Positions 7,058-14,726 of a stretch of DNA of 40,278 nt are shown one piece after another. Numbering within the stretch: the stretch's first letter is position 1; every line of letters begins with the position of its first letter. Source of the DNA: a virus. Lineage: Duplodnaviria > Caudoviricetes. The DNA lies in IMG/VR virus record IMGVR_UViG_3300044477_000012, positions 1 through 40,278 of that record. The stretch is one strand, 5' to 3'. The position numbers were made by a program, and so were the translations under genes. The notes beneath the pieces are model-generated. The model saw nothing but the letters and a program-made list of their open reading frames with translations. It had not been told where the DNA came from and made no database searches.

Positions 7058-7282
7058 ATCAATCAATGAAAGGGTTGACGCAAATATCAGGGCCAGTAGC
7101 AATAACATAGGAGCGATAACCTATAGAAAAAACTATCGAGAGCGACCGCCCACCATTTTAAAAACTTAGTTACCTTCAAGAGCCTAACCAACAGAGTAGG
7201 ATGTGAAATCCATCTCAAAAGTCGATAACGTAAGACTCAAATCTCGTCAAGGTGGGTTCTCGTAGGTAACTAACGAAAGGGT
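7058..7282 (+). ncRNA. Structured leader or ncRNA of about 225 nt
   Basis: TTAGTTACCT (7166-7175) pairs with AGGTAACTAA (7264-7273), with an extended G:U stem and internal hairpins. Confidence 0.5.
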
Positions 7283-7285
7283 AAA

Positions 7286-7402
7286 ATGTTCAGATATAAA
7301 TTATTAATTAAAAAGTATCTACCAAAAGCGATTATACTAGCCATATTGGTCGCAACGATTACACTATGGGTTCAGGATATAATCTGGATTAACGGTAGAT
7401 AG
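7286..7402 (+). CDS. 38-aa single-TM peptide (not in ORF track)
   Basis: MFRYKLLIKKYLPKAIILAILVATITLWVQDIIWINGR; GAAAGGG RBS. Confidence 0.65.
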   Translation: MFRYKLLIKKYLPKAIILAILVATITLWVQDIIWINGR

Positions 7403-7412
7403 AAAGGTCGAA

Positions 7413-7670
7413 ATGAGCAAGAAAGAAACATTTGAACAGTTACAAGAAGACACGATAGAACTAATTAAAAACAAAAAGGATTATATGAAAAAAGCACCTA
7501 AAACTTACGAACTTAAACAAATTATACGAGCAATTGTAGCCACTTTAGTATTACTAGGTATTGGAGCCTTTGCCGGAATTACAATTAACAATTCGATTAA
7601 CAGCACAATCAACTCACAAGTGAAAGAGCAAGTAAAGTCTTTTACAGTCGAGCTAGAAGCCAAGCAATAG
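7413..7670 (+). CDS. Single-TM membrane protein; probable N-terminal part of a frameshift fusion
   Basis: TM AIVATLVLLGIGAFAGITI; AGAAAGG RBS. Confidence 0.75.
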   Translation: MSKKETFEQLQEDTIELIKNKKDYMKKAPKTYELKQIIRAIVATLVLLGIGAFAGITINNSINSTINSQVKEQVKSFTVELEAKQ

Positions 7671-8101
7671 CTCAAACGGCACAACTGGCACCTTTACAGC
7701 CTATAACGCAACCTAAGCCTTCCTGTGAAGCCACAGACTGTATTATTTGGAACTTCTTTATAAATAATGGATATTCCGAAATACAGACTGCCGGAATAAT
7801 GGGAAACTTACAGCAAGAACACGGCTTACAGACTTCAGGAGAAGGATTGGCGCAGTGGAGCGGTGGAAGGTTAGCGGCTCTGATGCAGCGAGGAGAGCCA
7901 TATAGCCTACAAACGCAACTGGATTTTCTATTATATGAATTAAACACTTACGAAAGCGAGGCGAATAGACTAGTCAAACAATCAACCACCATCGAGGAAG
8001 CAACAATTTATTTTCAGAATAAGTTTGAAAGATGTGGACTTTGCCGACAAGATAATAGAATAAATTACGCTTATCAGTTTTATAGCAAATTTAACAATTA
8101 G
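7601..8101 (+). CDS. Phage tail-type lysozyme domain (Phage_lysozyme2-like); frame open from 7601 with no canonical start before the domain
   Basis: IWNFFINNGYSEIQTAGIMGNLQQE...GLAQWSGGR...QLDFLLYEL...FER....R..YA; the ATG at 7799 lies inside the domain. Confidence 0.8.
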   Translation, partial: QHNQLTSERASKVFYSRARSQAIAQTAQLAPLQPITQPKPSCEATDCIIWNFFINNGYSEIQTAGIMGNLQQEHGLQTSGEGLAQWSGGRLAALMQRGEPYSLQTQLDFLLYELNTYESEANRLVKQSTTIEEATIYFQNKFERCGLCRQDNRINYAYQFYSKFNN

Positions 8102-8253
8102 ATGTAGTAACGTGGTTAGTAAGAAGTAGATTGGGAGTAGACCAGGCAAACCCTTTAGGAAAACGCGATAATCCAAACTCCTCGACTGGTGTTACTAGGC
8201 AACTGATCTTAAGCCAGACCTAGAAGGCTTACTAGCCGCACTATTACATCTAA
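8098..8253 (+). ncRNA. Structured intergenic RNA with an interrupted closing stem of about 24 bp
   Basis: 8098-8109 pairs with 8242-8253 and 8112-8123 with 8228-8239; three G:U pairs. Confidence 0.55.
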
Positions 8254-8270
8254 TAAATGAAAGGGAGAAT

Positions 8271-8474
8271 ATGGATATAAAAGACAAAGATGGCAAAGTT
8301 ATTATCAGATTAAGTCGCATTACATCTGACGAAAAACTAGGATATTGGTGGGCGATTGCTACTGATAAGCAGTGGATTGAAATACGCACCACAAAGGCGG
8401 GCAAGATAATACCATTTGAGGTACACAAAGGAGAACACCCATATTTTACACCAACTGAAAGGATAAACAAGTGA
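8271..8474 (+). CDS. Hypothetical protein
   Basis: TGAAAGGGAG RBS; 67 aa. Confidence 0.7.
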   Translation: MDIKDKDGKVIIRLSRITSDEKLGYWWAIATDKQWIEIRTTKAGKIIPFEVHKGEHPYFTPTERINK

Positions 8475-8677
8475 AAGACTGGCAAATAGTAAGTCATAAA
8501 TACCCTAAAGTCATACAAGACGTGTTTAAGTCCACGATAGAACCAAAATATGAACGAGAAGGCGTGTGTAGCCCGACAAGCCTAAACAAGAGGCGTATTC
8601 CTATTGAGATATGGCGACAAGTTGAAAATGGTGGATATATAGTAAAAGATCAAACCTTTAAGCAAGGAGACAAGTAA
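8471..8677 (+). CDS. Hypothetical protein
   Basis: GTGA overlap; GAAAGGA RBS. Confidence 0.6.
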   Translation: MKDWQIVSHKYPKVIQDVFKSTIEPKYEREGVCSPTSLNKRRIPIEIWRQVENGGYIVKDQTFKQGDK

Positions 8678-8881
8678 ATGAATCCATATACAAGGTTGAC
8701 CCCAATTAACGAAATAAAAGTTATTCAAGTAATTGAAGTTAAATCACTAATCGGCGATGGCACAAAAGATTCGCCTATCGCAGAAGTTACCGAATACTAC
8801 TCACTAGACGGTATAAGACTAGCTCGACGTAACTATAACGATAAGTTAGAGAATGGCGTTTGGTTGGAGAAGACTTTATGA
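8678..8881 (+). CDS. Conserved-type phage hypothetical protein
   Basis: KVIQVIEVKS.IGDGTKDSP..EV..YYSLDG..LA pattern; AAGGAG RBS. Confidence 0.7.
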   Translation: MNPYTRLTPINEIKVIQVIEVKSLIGDGTKDSPIAEVTEYYSLDGIRLARRNYNDKLENGVWLEKTL

Positions 8882-9033
8882 ATTTACCAACCTGGAGAAT
8901 ACTTTTAACGCCAATATGTTGGATATTCGGGCATAACTTTCACGATAAGCGACACCCCAAATGGTTGTGTTGTTCTAGGTGTCGTTCTGTAAATGCATTT
9001 GTTAAACAAGTAGAAAGGGATATGAACCTATGA
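8878..9033 (+). CDS. 51-aa Cys/His protein (C..FGH...CxxC; DUF1660-like; not in ORF track)
   Basis: MNLPTWRILLTPICWIFGHNFHDKRHPKWLCCSRCR...; ATGA overlaps at both ends. Confidence 0.65.
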   Translation: MNLPTWRILLTPICWIFGHNFHDKRHPKWLCCSRCRSVNAFVKQVERDMNL

Positions 9034-9251
9034 ACTTACCAGACAAGATAGACCAAGAAAAATATGAAATAGAAGATACGAGATGGGCAGAACGTGGTGT
9101 AATTATATATCTAGCCGGCATTATGGATGATTTAGTTGCCAACCAAAACCAACTTATTGACTACCTAAAAGAGAAAGAGGATGCCTCGCTAGCTACAGTT
9201 CAGCCATTTAATCGTTTCTATAAAGAAAGTGAGCAGAAAAATGACAACTAA
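9030..9251 (+). CDS. Hypothetical protein
   Basis: AGAAAGGG RBS; coupled to neighbours. Confidence 0.65.
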   Translation: MNLPDKIDQEKYEIEDTRWAERGVIIYLAGIMDDLVANQNQLIDYLKEKEDASLATVQPFNRFYKESEQKNDN

Positions 9252-9552
9252 TACACAGGTTGAAGAATTACCACCACTATTGGAGGCAATGAGGATAGTT
9301 CTTAACGGTTTTGGGGTAGATGCTGATAGTGAGTTACTAGATAACTTAGGTGGAGTAGTCCAACACTATTCAAATAAAGCACTCGAACTAGCAAAGATTG
9401 ATGCGAAGATTGAAGAAGTAAGAAACTTTGACTTATCAATATATTCACCCAATACTACTATATTCCAATATAACGACCACGTTGAAGACTACAGGTCGAA
9501 TCGTCTATCCGAACTCAATAAACAAAAGGAGGAGCTTTTAAATGAACAATAA
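9229..9552 (+). CDS. Hypothetical helical protein of the early paralogue set
   Basis: AKIEEV...RLSEL motifs; the real start may be ATG 9241. Confidence 0.65.
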   Translation: MSRKMTTNTQVEELPPLLEAMRIVLNGFGVDADSELLDNLGGVVQHYSNKALELAKIDAKIEEVRNFDLSIYSPNTTIFQYNDHVEDYRSNRLSELNKQKEELLNEQ

Positions 9553-9787
9553 AGACGAAATAGATGATATGTTAGATAAACTATTTGAACAATATATAGT
9601 TAGTAGTCATTTAGATGGGAAAGAAATAGCAAAGACTAAAGCCAAGCAGGCAATCCTCACACTAAAGAAAAAGTGGCAGGATGAGCAAACATTTAAGGTA
9701 ATCCAATCGCTAGTTAAGTCTGGTGGTATTTCGGACCACTTGGCATCAACCATACTAAGTATATTTACAACTAATGGAGATAAATAA
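9542..9787 (+). CDS. Hypothetical helical protein of the early paralogue set
   Basis: DEIDDML...AKQAIL; AAGGAGGAG RBS. Confidence 0.7.
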   Translation: MNNKDEIDDMLDKLFEQYIVSSHLDGKEIAKTKAKQAILTLKKKWQDEQTFKVIQSLVKSGGISDHLASTILSIFTTNGDK

Positions 9788-9976
9788 ATGGAACGAGAAC
9801 GATTAGAAGAGGAAAACAGACAGTTAAGACGTCAAATTGATGAATTGCAACAGGAAAATCACCGGTTATATGAACGTATTAGCCACTCAGAATTCTTAGT
9901 GGAGACTGAACTAGAACCTAGGATTGAAAACGAAAAAAAGGCGTACGATAGATGGGCAACGTCTCCGGATAGGTAG
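9788..9976 (+). CDS. Small coiled-coil protein
   Basis: LEEENRQLRRQIDELQQENHRL heptads. Confidence 0.65.
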   Translation: MERERLEEENRQLRRQIDELQQENHRLYERISHSEFLVETELEPRIENEKKAYDRWATSPDR

Positions 9977-9980
9977 CGCT

Positions 9981-10241
9981 ATGAGATATAACAAAATGAT
10001 AAGACATTATGAGAGATTAGAATTATTATGTGGATTAGTCGGTATTGTCGCTGCTATATCTATAATATTTTTCATAGCCTATCACCATGACATATTGACT
10101 CTATTATCTATTGGTGTATGTATAATATCGTGGCAATTGGGGAACTATTTTGATAGACGAATAGAGTGGTGCCAAAACGAATGGCTATGTAGGAGGACAC
10201 ACGCCGCGCGGTTGCGTGAATATAGGAGACGAGCAAAATGA
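9981..10241 (+). CDS. Two-TM membrane protein
   Basis: Two hydrophobic segments; ATG 9981 preferred over the TTG at 9924. Confidence 0.6.
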   Translation: MRYNKMIRHYERLELLCGLVGIVAAISIIFFIAYHHDILTLLSIGVCIISWQLGNYFDRRIEWCQNEWLCRRTHAARLREYRRRAK

Positions 10242-10369
10242 TTGACACCTACGATTTAGCGGAGAGGATACAAAAAGCCGAAACAGTTGCCGATGGTCAG
10301 GCTATATTAGATGAGGCGCTAGAACAACAGCGAGAAAATGGCGAAACTATAATTGTAAGGGTAGACTAG
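10238..10369 (+). CDS. Hypothetical 43-aa protein (not in ORF track)
   Basis: MIDTYDLAERIQKAETV...; AGGAG RBS; ATGA overlap. Confidence 0.55.
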   Translation: MIDTYDLAERIQKAETVADGQAILDEALEQQRENGETIIVRVD

Positions 10370-10392
10370 TTAAATAATAAGGAGAAAAAATC

Positions 10393-10980
10393 ATGTCAAA
10401 AGATATTAAGCATAATACACGTATAGAAAATAGTGGTGACCGGAATAGTGGCTACTGGAATAGTGGTAACTGGAATAGTGGTGACCGGAATAGTGGTGAC
10501 AGTAATAGTGGCTACCGGAATAGTGGCAACTGGAATAGTGGCTACGGTAATTCGACTAATAGAAGTGCTGGTATTTTCTGCTCAACTGAGCCAACAGTGC
10601 GGATATTCAATAAAGAAACAGGTCTAAAGTGGGAAAACATTGATCACCCTGATTTTTATGAGTTCTATCTAACTAAATGGATATCTGGATTAGAAATGAC
10701 AGACGAAGAGAAGAAAGCAGAGCCAAACTTCTCTGTAATGGGTGGATATTTAAAAACATTTACTTGGGAAGAAGCCTGGGCTAATTACTGGCGTGATACT
10801 GACGAAGAAGACAGGCAGAAAGTGTTAAATCTGCCAAACTTCGACGCAACTATTTTTAAAGAGATTACAGGAATCGACGTAGAGGCAAAAAACCGACCGG
10901 AGACAATAAACATTGGTGGTAAAGAGTACCAAGTTACTAAAGAACTAACTAAAGCACTTAAAGATTTGAAAGAAGTTTAA
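10393..10980 (+). CDS. Phage NSGxx pentapeptide-repeat protein
   Basis: Eight NSG(D/Y/N)x repeats followed by G.F.......IFNK...MT.EEK...GGYLK...LPNFD..IF.EITGI. Confidence 0.85.
   Translation: MSKDIKHNTRIENSGDRNSGYWNSGNWNSGDRNSGDSNSGYRNSGNWNSGYGNSTNRSAGIFCSTEPTVRIFNKETGLKWENIDHPDFYEFYLTKWISGLEMTDEEKKAEPNFSVMGGYLKTFTWEEAWANYWRDTDEEDRQKVLNLPNFDATIFKEITGIDVEAKNRPETINIGGKEYQVTKELTKALKDLKEV
10429..10548 (+). repeat. 15-bp coding tandem repeat, 8 copies
   Basis: AATAGTGG(T/C)nACnGn units. Confidence 0.95.
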
Positions 10981-10982
10981 TT

Positions 10983-11231
10983 ATGACAACCTCTAAAGCG
11001 ATAAGCAGAGTAAATGGTAAGAGCGATATTGAGATATTTGCCAAAGAACAGTTTGGGATAGAACTTTTACCTATTCAAATTGAGATGATAAAAAATTATG
11101 CTAGTGGCAAAATTGTAACTTATTCTAGGTTAAGCGGGCTTACTACAGCTAATAAAATAATCCAAGAATATATTAAACAAGGAATTAGTTATGAACACCC
11201 TAACCTATTACAAAAGAAAGGACAGAAATGA
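10983..11231 (+). CDS. Hypothetical protein
   Basis: 82 aa; FAKEQFGIELLPIQ..M resembles a truncated helicase/terminase N-terminus. Confidence 0.6.
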   Translation: MTTSKAISRVNGKSDIEIFAKEQFGIELLPIQIEMIKNYASGKIVTYSRLSGLTTANKIIQEYIKQGISYEHPNLLQKKGQK

Positions 11232-11473
11232 TGAGTAGTAATTTATATTGGCGTCCACACCAGTTAGATAAAGCAAGAGTTGACCTAGGCAAACAAGATG
11301 ATACCTTGAAAATTACTCTTAGAAAAGAATATGGTTATCCGCTAGATGTTATATTAACAAAATCTGATATTGGTATGTTGCATGGTATGGCGATAATGGG
11401 GTGTAAAGATGCCGAAAAAGCAATAGAACATATTAAGAAGTATGATGAAATACACATATTTGAGGAGAACTAG
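11228..11473 (+). CDS. Hypothetical protein
   Basis: AGAAAGGA RBS; coupled. Confidence 0.7.
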   Translation: MMSSNLYWRPHQLDKARVDLGKQDDTLKITLRKEYGYPLDVILTKSDIGMLHGMAIMGCKDAEKAIEHIKKYDEIHIFEEN

Positions 11474-11474
11474 G

Positions 11475-11552
11475 ATGAGCAAGAACCTGGAAGAATTAGA
11501 GGCAGAATATCAAGCATGGTTAGACGCTGGTAAACCAGAGGAAAGTCTATGA
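11475..11552 (+). CDS. Possible 25-aa mini-protein
   Basis: MSKNLEELEAEYQAWLDAGKPEESL; GAGGAG RBS. Confidence 0.45.
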   Translation: MSKNLEELEAEYQAWLDAGKPEESL

Positions 11553-11595
11553 CTAACACCCCATCTAACCAAAAGAAAGGTATTGGTATAAAGGA

Positions 11596-11901
11596 ATGAG
11601 TGACGATGTTAAAATACCAGTTCCAGTAGAAACAGATATTGCCTATATTGATGAGTTTGGTAGCACAGATACACTAAACTACACTGTTAAAACTATTAGC
11701 CGTCAAGAGTATGACGCAAAACTCGTTAAAGATTGGTATGACCAACATAAACACGCTGATGTTCAAGTGGTTAGCCAAGACACAAAGATGCCACTATATG
11801 CTATATATGCTACTCCACTTGCATATCACGAGGAAGATGTAAAACGATTTTTTGCTGAGATTAGAAAAATAGCAGAAGAACAACATTGGGAGGAGGATTG
11901 A
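11596..11901 (+). CDS. Hypothetical protein
   Basis: 101-aa ORF in the operon. Confidence 0.65.
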   Translation: MSDDVKIPVPVETDIAYIDEFGSTDTLNYTVKTISRQEYDAKLVKDWYDQHKHADVQVVSQDTKMPLYAIYATPLAYHEEDVKRFFAEIRKIAEEQHWEED

Positions 11902-11904
11902 ATT

Positions 11905-12165
11905 ATGACCAAAGACAACCTAAGTTTAGATGAAAAGATAGACAATTTGCTAGACAGAGTATATTTGCTTGAACCCAAAGCAATAGTCAGTCCGTCTAAG
12001 ATAGTCACAGGAGTGACACAATCCATCAAGCAGTTAATAACTGAGGCAAGGATAGAAGAACTAGAATGGGTCAAGTCTAGAAGTGCAAAACACGCCGGAA
12101 TATTTATAGACCCATACGACAGTGAATTACACGACCGTATTAAAGAATTAAAAGGAGAGGTTTAA
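11905..12165 (+). CDS. Hypothetical helical protein of the early paralogue set
   Basis: LDEKID...QSIKQLITEARIEEL...RIKELKG. Confidence 0.75.
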   Translation: MTKDNLSLDEKIDNLLDRVYLLEPKAIVSPSKIVTGVTQSIKQLITEARIEELEWVKSRSAKHAGIFIDPYDSELHDRIKELKGEV

Positions 12166-12168
12166 GTT

Positions 12169-12450
12169 ATGACACCCCAAACCAGTAACCCTACGCTAGA
12201 TGAGCCAAAGTGCGATTGTAATATATGTCGATTGCCAGACAGTTGGAAAAGAGCATTAGATAAATATGCATCAGTTTGGGGTAGTGGTAAAGAAGCTAAT
12301 GATATGGGGTTAGAGTTCGGTGTCCCTACATTGATAGAGTTCGTCAAAGCGATTAAAGATGAACCTATACCAGATATTAAACTAAAGAAAAAGCCATTAT
12401 TAAAACAGTTGCGTAAGACGGCTAAAGATATAGCGAAAGGAAAATTATGA
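12169..12450 (+). CDS. Hypothetical protein with CxCxxC
   Basis: AAGGAGAGG RBS; N-terminal PTLD shared with the next gene. Confidence 0.7.
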   Translation: MTPQTSNPTLDEPKCDCNICRLPDSWKRALDKYASVWGSGKEANDMGLEFGVPTLIEFVKAIKDEPIPDIKLKKKPLLKQLRKTAKDIAKGKL

Positions 12451-12755
12451 CCCCTACACTAGACAAATGTGAACATTGTTTTGATAACCATATTTGCTTA
12501 TGGTGTGGTCTTATAGATAACCAAAAAAGCGTAATGGACATCTATTTAGGAAATGTGAAAGTTATTTACGACATTAAGCCGATACGTGATTATCTAATGA
12601 TAACTCAAGCAGAAGTTGCAGTTATGATAGGGGTTTCACGACTAACATATATTAAATGGGAAAATAACCAAGATTTAATGCCTATAGGAAAATATAAAGA
12701 AACCATAGATAACTTCTCAAAACTTTATCAAAAGAAACTAGAGGTATCACTATGA
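12447..12755 (+). CDS. XRE/Cro-type HTH protein with N-terminal Cys/His cluster
   Basis: IRDYLMITQAEVAVMIGVSRLTYIKWEN; CEHC..HICLWC. Confidence 0.8.
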   Translation: MTPTLDKCEHCFDNHICLWCGLIDNQKSVMDIYLGNVKVIYDIKPIRDYLMITQAEVAVMIGVSRLTYIKWENNQDLMPIGKYKETIDNFSKLYQKKLEVSL

Positions 12756-12985
12756 ACACTGACGAAAAAATATACGAAATATTAAAGGCATTTATTCTTA
12801 CTCAAGAAGCAGAGTTCGGATGGGATGAAGCAAAGCAGGAAATTAAAAACTTAATACTGGATGAGTTAAGACCATTCAATATTAGTATGGATGTTTTAGT
12901 GGCAAACGGTAATTCATTAGATGCCGTAATTTATATTAAAACAATGGCACAAAACCGTATCGAAGAATTGAGAGGCAAATTATGA
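12752..12985 (+). CDS. Hypothetical helical protein of the early paralogue set
   Basis: DEKIYEIL...EAKQEIKNLI...RIEELRG. Confidence 0.7.
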   Translation: MNTDEKIYEILKAFILTQEAEFGWDEAKQEIKNLILDELRPFNISMDVLVANGNSLDAVIYIKTMAQNRIEELRGKL

Positions 12986-13296
12986 GTGATTTAGATAAAA
13001 GACTAGATGAGATACGAAAGCAAGTTCACTTATATGGTGATATTTGTGGTCAACATCAGAGTGCAGTCCATTTCGGTAGATACACAATCGCACAACGCAA
13101 CGAAGCAATTAGAACCTCTGCCAAAAATGTTATGCAATCTATCAAACAGTTAATAACTGAGGCAGTAAACACGGCAGTCATAATTGAACTTGGTCATATA
13201 CAACTTCAATATGGACACCAGCTTGCACAAACTATGGCAGGTGGTGAATGGCAGACAATTCAGGAACGTATCCAAGAATTAAAGGAGGGTAAGTAA
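12982..13296 (+). CDS. Hypothetical helical protein of the early paralogue set
   Basis: LDKRLDEI...QSIKQLITEA...RIQELKE. Confidence 0.7.
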   Translation: MSDLDKRLDEIRKQVHLYGDICGQHQSAVHFGRYTIAQRNEAIRTSAKNVMQSIKQLITEAVNTAVIIELGHIQLQYGHQLAQTMAGGEWQTIQERIQELKEGK

Positions 13297-13298
13297 GT

Positions 13299-13562
13299 AT
13301 GAATATATATCATGTAGAACGAACTGATGGCGGTGGCGGTTACGATACGTTTAGTGACTTTGTTGTTATAGCCAGCTCAGAACAAGAGGCAAGAAAAATT
13401 AACCCAGTTAGTTCATGGGGCTATAGTAATAATGAAGTTACAGAAAAAGAGGACGATGGCGAATGGGTAAAATTTTCACAGACTAAGGCGAACCTAATAG
13501 TAACTGCTAGCCCAGAATATGAAAAAAATATAATAATTTGTTCCAGTTTTCACGCTGGATAA
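13299..13562 (+). CDS. Conserved-type phage hypothetical protein
   Basis: GYDTFSDFVVIA.SEQEAR.I.P...IICSSFHAG pattern. Confidence 0.75.
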   Translation: MNIYHVERTDGGGGYDTFSDFVVIASSEQEARKINPVSSWGYSNNEVTEKEDDGEWVKFSQTKANLIVTASPEYEKNIIICSSFHAG

Positions 13563-13574
13563 AGGATTTATTTT

Positions 13575-13835
13575 ATGAGAGATGAATTAAAAGAAAAGAT
13601 AAAATACATAGTCTTAGATAATGCAGAAGCAGATGACTGGATGTTTAGGGCAGAATTATTGCAAAAACACGACTTATTTTTAGAACATTGCACTAGAGAT
13701 ATTATGCAACTAATAGACGACTATTGCGATAAGAAAATAGAAGATGAATATATGTTTATGCTAGACAATATACATTTTGATAATGGTGAACTAGCAATAA
13801 TTAAAGCTAGGGTTCACCGAAAGGAAACTAAATAA
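13575..13835 (+). CDS. Hypothetical protein
   Basis: AAGGA RBS; 86 aa. Confidence 0.65.
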   Translation: MRDELKEKIKYIVLDNAEADDWMFRAELLQKHDLFLEHCTRDIMQLIDDYCDKKIEDEYMFMLDNIHFDNGELAIIKARVHRKETK

Positions 13836-14090
13836 ATGAGTCAAACAATAGACGAGATATTCAATGAGCTAGAAAACTTTTTATCAACCCCTATCGGCTC
13901 GGCAATAAAAGGCGATTGTTTAACTCAAAAGGAAGCCAAAGACCAACTCTATGAACTAATGCTGGGAGTGATTGGGGAAGATGAAAGGCTAATAAAAGCC
14001 GACCCCTATCAAATAAGGTCATTAGAAATAAGACGTAATGATTTACGAGCCGAGCAACGAGTTAAGTTAAAGGAGGTGTTTGGAAAATGA
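13836..14090 (+). CDS. Hypothetical helical protein of the early paralogue set
   Basis: IDEIF...EAKDQLYEL...VIGEDE...RNDLRAEQR. Confidence 0.7.
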   Translation: MSQTIDEIFNELENFLSTPIGSAIKGDCLTQKEAKDQLYELMLGVIGEDERLIKADPYQIRSLEIRRNDLRAEQRVKLKEVFGK

Positions 14091-14095
14091 TCGTA

Positions 14096-14124
14096 TTGAC
14101 TAATCAATAGGCTCGTGCTACAAT
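14096..14124 (+). promoter_or_regulatory. Strong early sigma70 promoter
   Basis: TTGACT-17 bp-TACAAT with TG; same design as the promoter at 7023. Confidence 0.85.
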
Positions 14125-14150
14125 AGGGGTATAATCAATGAAAGGGTTAT

Positions 14151-14360
14151 ATGAAGATAAATTACCAACCAAGTTATTCAAGGATACCAGTAGCAATTAA
14201 ATACGATTATATGAGCGCACCAACTTACGCCGAGATGATGGCTCGACGCAGGATATACGAGTATAAGCATAAAATGGGCTACATTAAACAATTCGTAGAT
14301 AAAGAACTAAAGCAAGTAATTTCAGATCATCGCAATATGATTTCGGTGGTATCAAAATGA
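14151..14360 (+). CDS. Hypothetical protein
   Basis: Follows TGAAAGGGTT; 69 aa. Confidence 0.65.
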   Translation: MKINYQPSYSRIPVAIKYDYMSAPTYAEMMARRRIYEYKHKMGYIKQFVDKELKQVISDHRNMISVVSK

Positions 14361-14512
14361 GTGTATCAATCCTAGAAGTTATTGAGTCGGCCGGATATGA
14401 CTTATCTACCTATGATGACGCACAGTGGTTACTATCCCAGCAGAGCCAATTTAACGATTTAATCGACGAAGCAGAAAAAACTATCGACGACAAGGAGTTT
14501 GACAATGAATAA
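14357..14512 (+). CDS. Hypothetical acidic 51-aa protein (not in ORF track)
   Basis: MSVSILEVIESAGYDLSTYDDAQWLL...; ATGA overlap. Confidence 0.6.
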   Translation: MSVSILEVIESAGYDLSTYDDAQWLLSQQSQFNDLIDEAEKTIDDKEFDNE

Positions 14513-14726
14513 CTTATCTCAATGTGGCAGATTATTAAAAGAGCTTAAAAAGCACAAAATCTGGGGAATTACCAACCACTTTATAGCTAATAGGTTACAT
14601 ATTTTGAGATACTCGGCCAGGATTGGTGATTTAAGAAACGAAGGTTATAACATTTATGCCGAGAGACAATACTTTCGAGGCAAAGCAACAGGAACATGGA
14701 AATATTACTTAATTGAGGAAAAATAG
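14505..14726 (+). CDS. Winged HTH DNA-binding protein
   Basis: SQCGRLLKEL...IT...ILRYSARIGDLRNEGYNI; AAGGAG RBS before ATG 14505. Confidence 0.75.
   Translation: MNNLSQCGRLLKELKKHKIWGITNHFIANRLHILRYSARIGDLRNEGYNIYAERQYFRGKATGTWKYYLIEEK

Noticed and set aside
7668-7670. Stop-codon recoding (TAG/TGA read-through or alternative code)
   Set aside because: In-frame read-through hits TAA after 11 codons and misses the lysozyme frame; core genes are intact in code 11 and all three stops are used.
8141-8180. GGCAAACC suggesting a c-di-GMP-I riboswitch
   Set aside because: No GNRA-capped stem or GGGACGCAAAGC segment follows.
10429-10548. Tandem repeat as CRISPR array or DGR template
   Set aside because: In-frame 15-bp coding repeat without spacers; no reverse transcriptase in the genome.
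12447-12755. XRE protein as the CI repressor of a lysogeny module
   Set aside because: It is embedded mid-operon, with no divergent promoter, peptidase domain or integrase.
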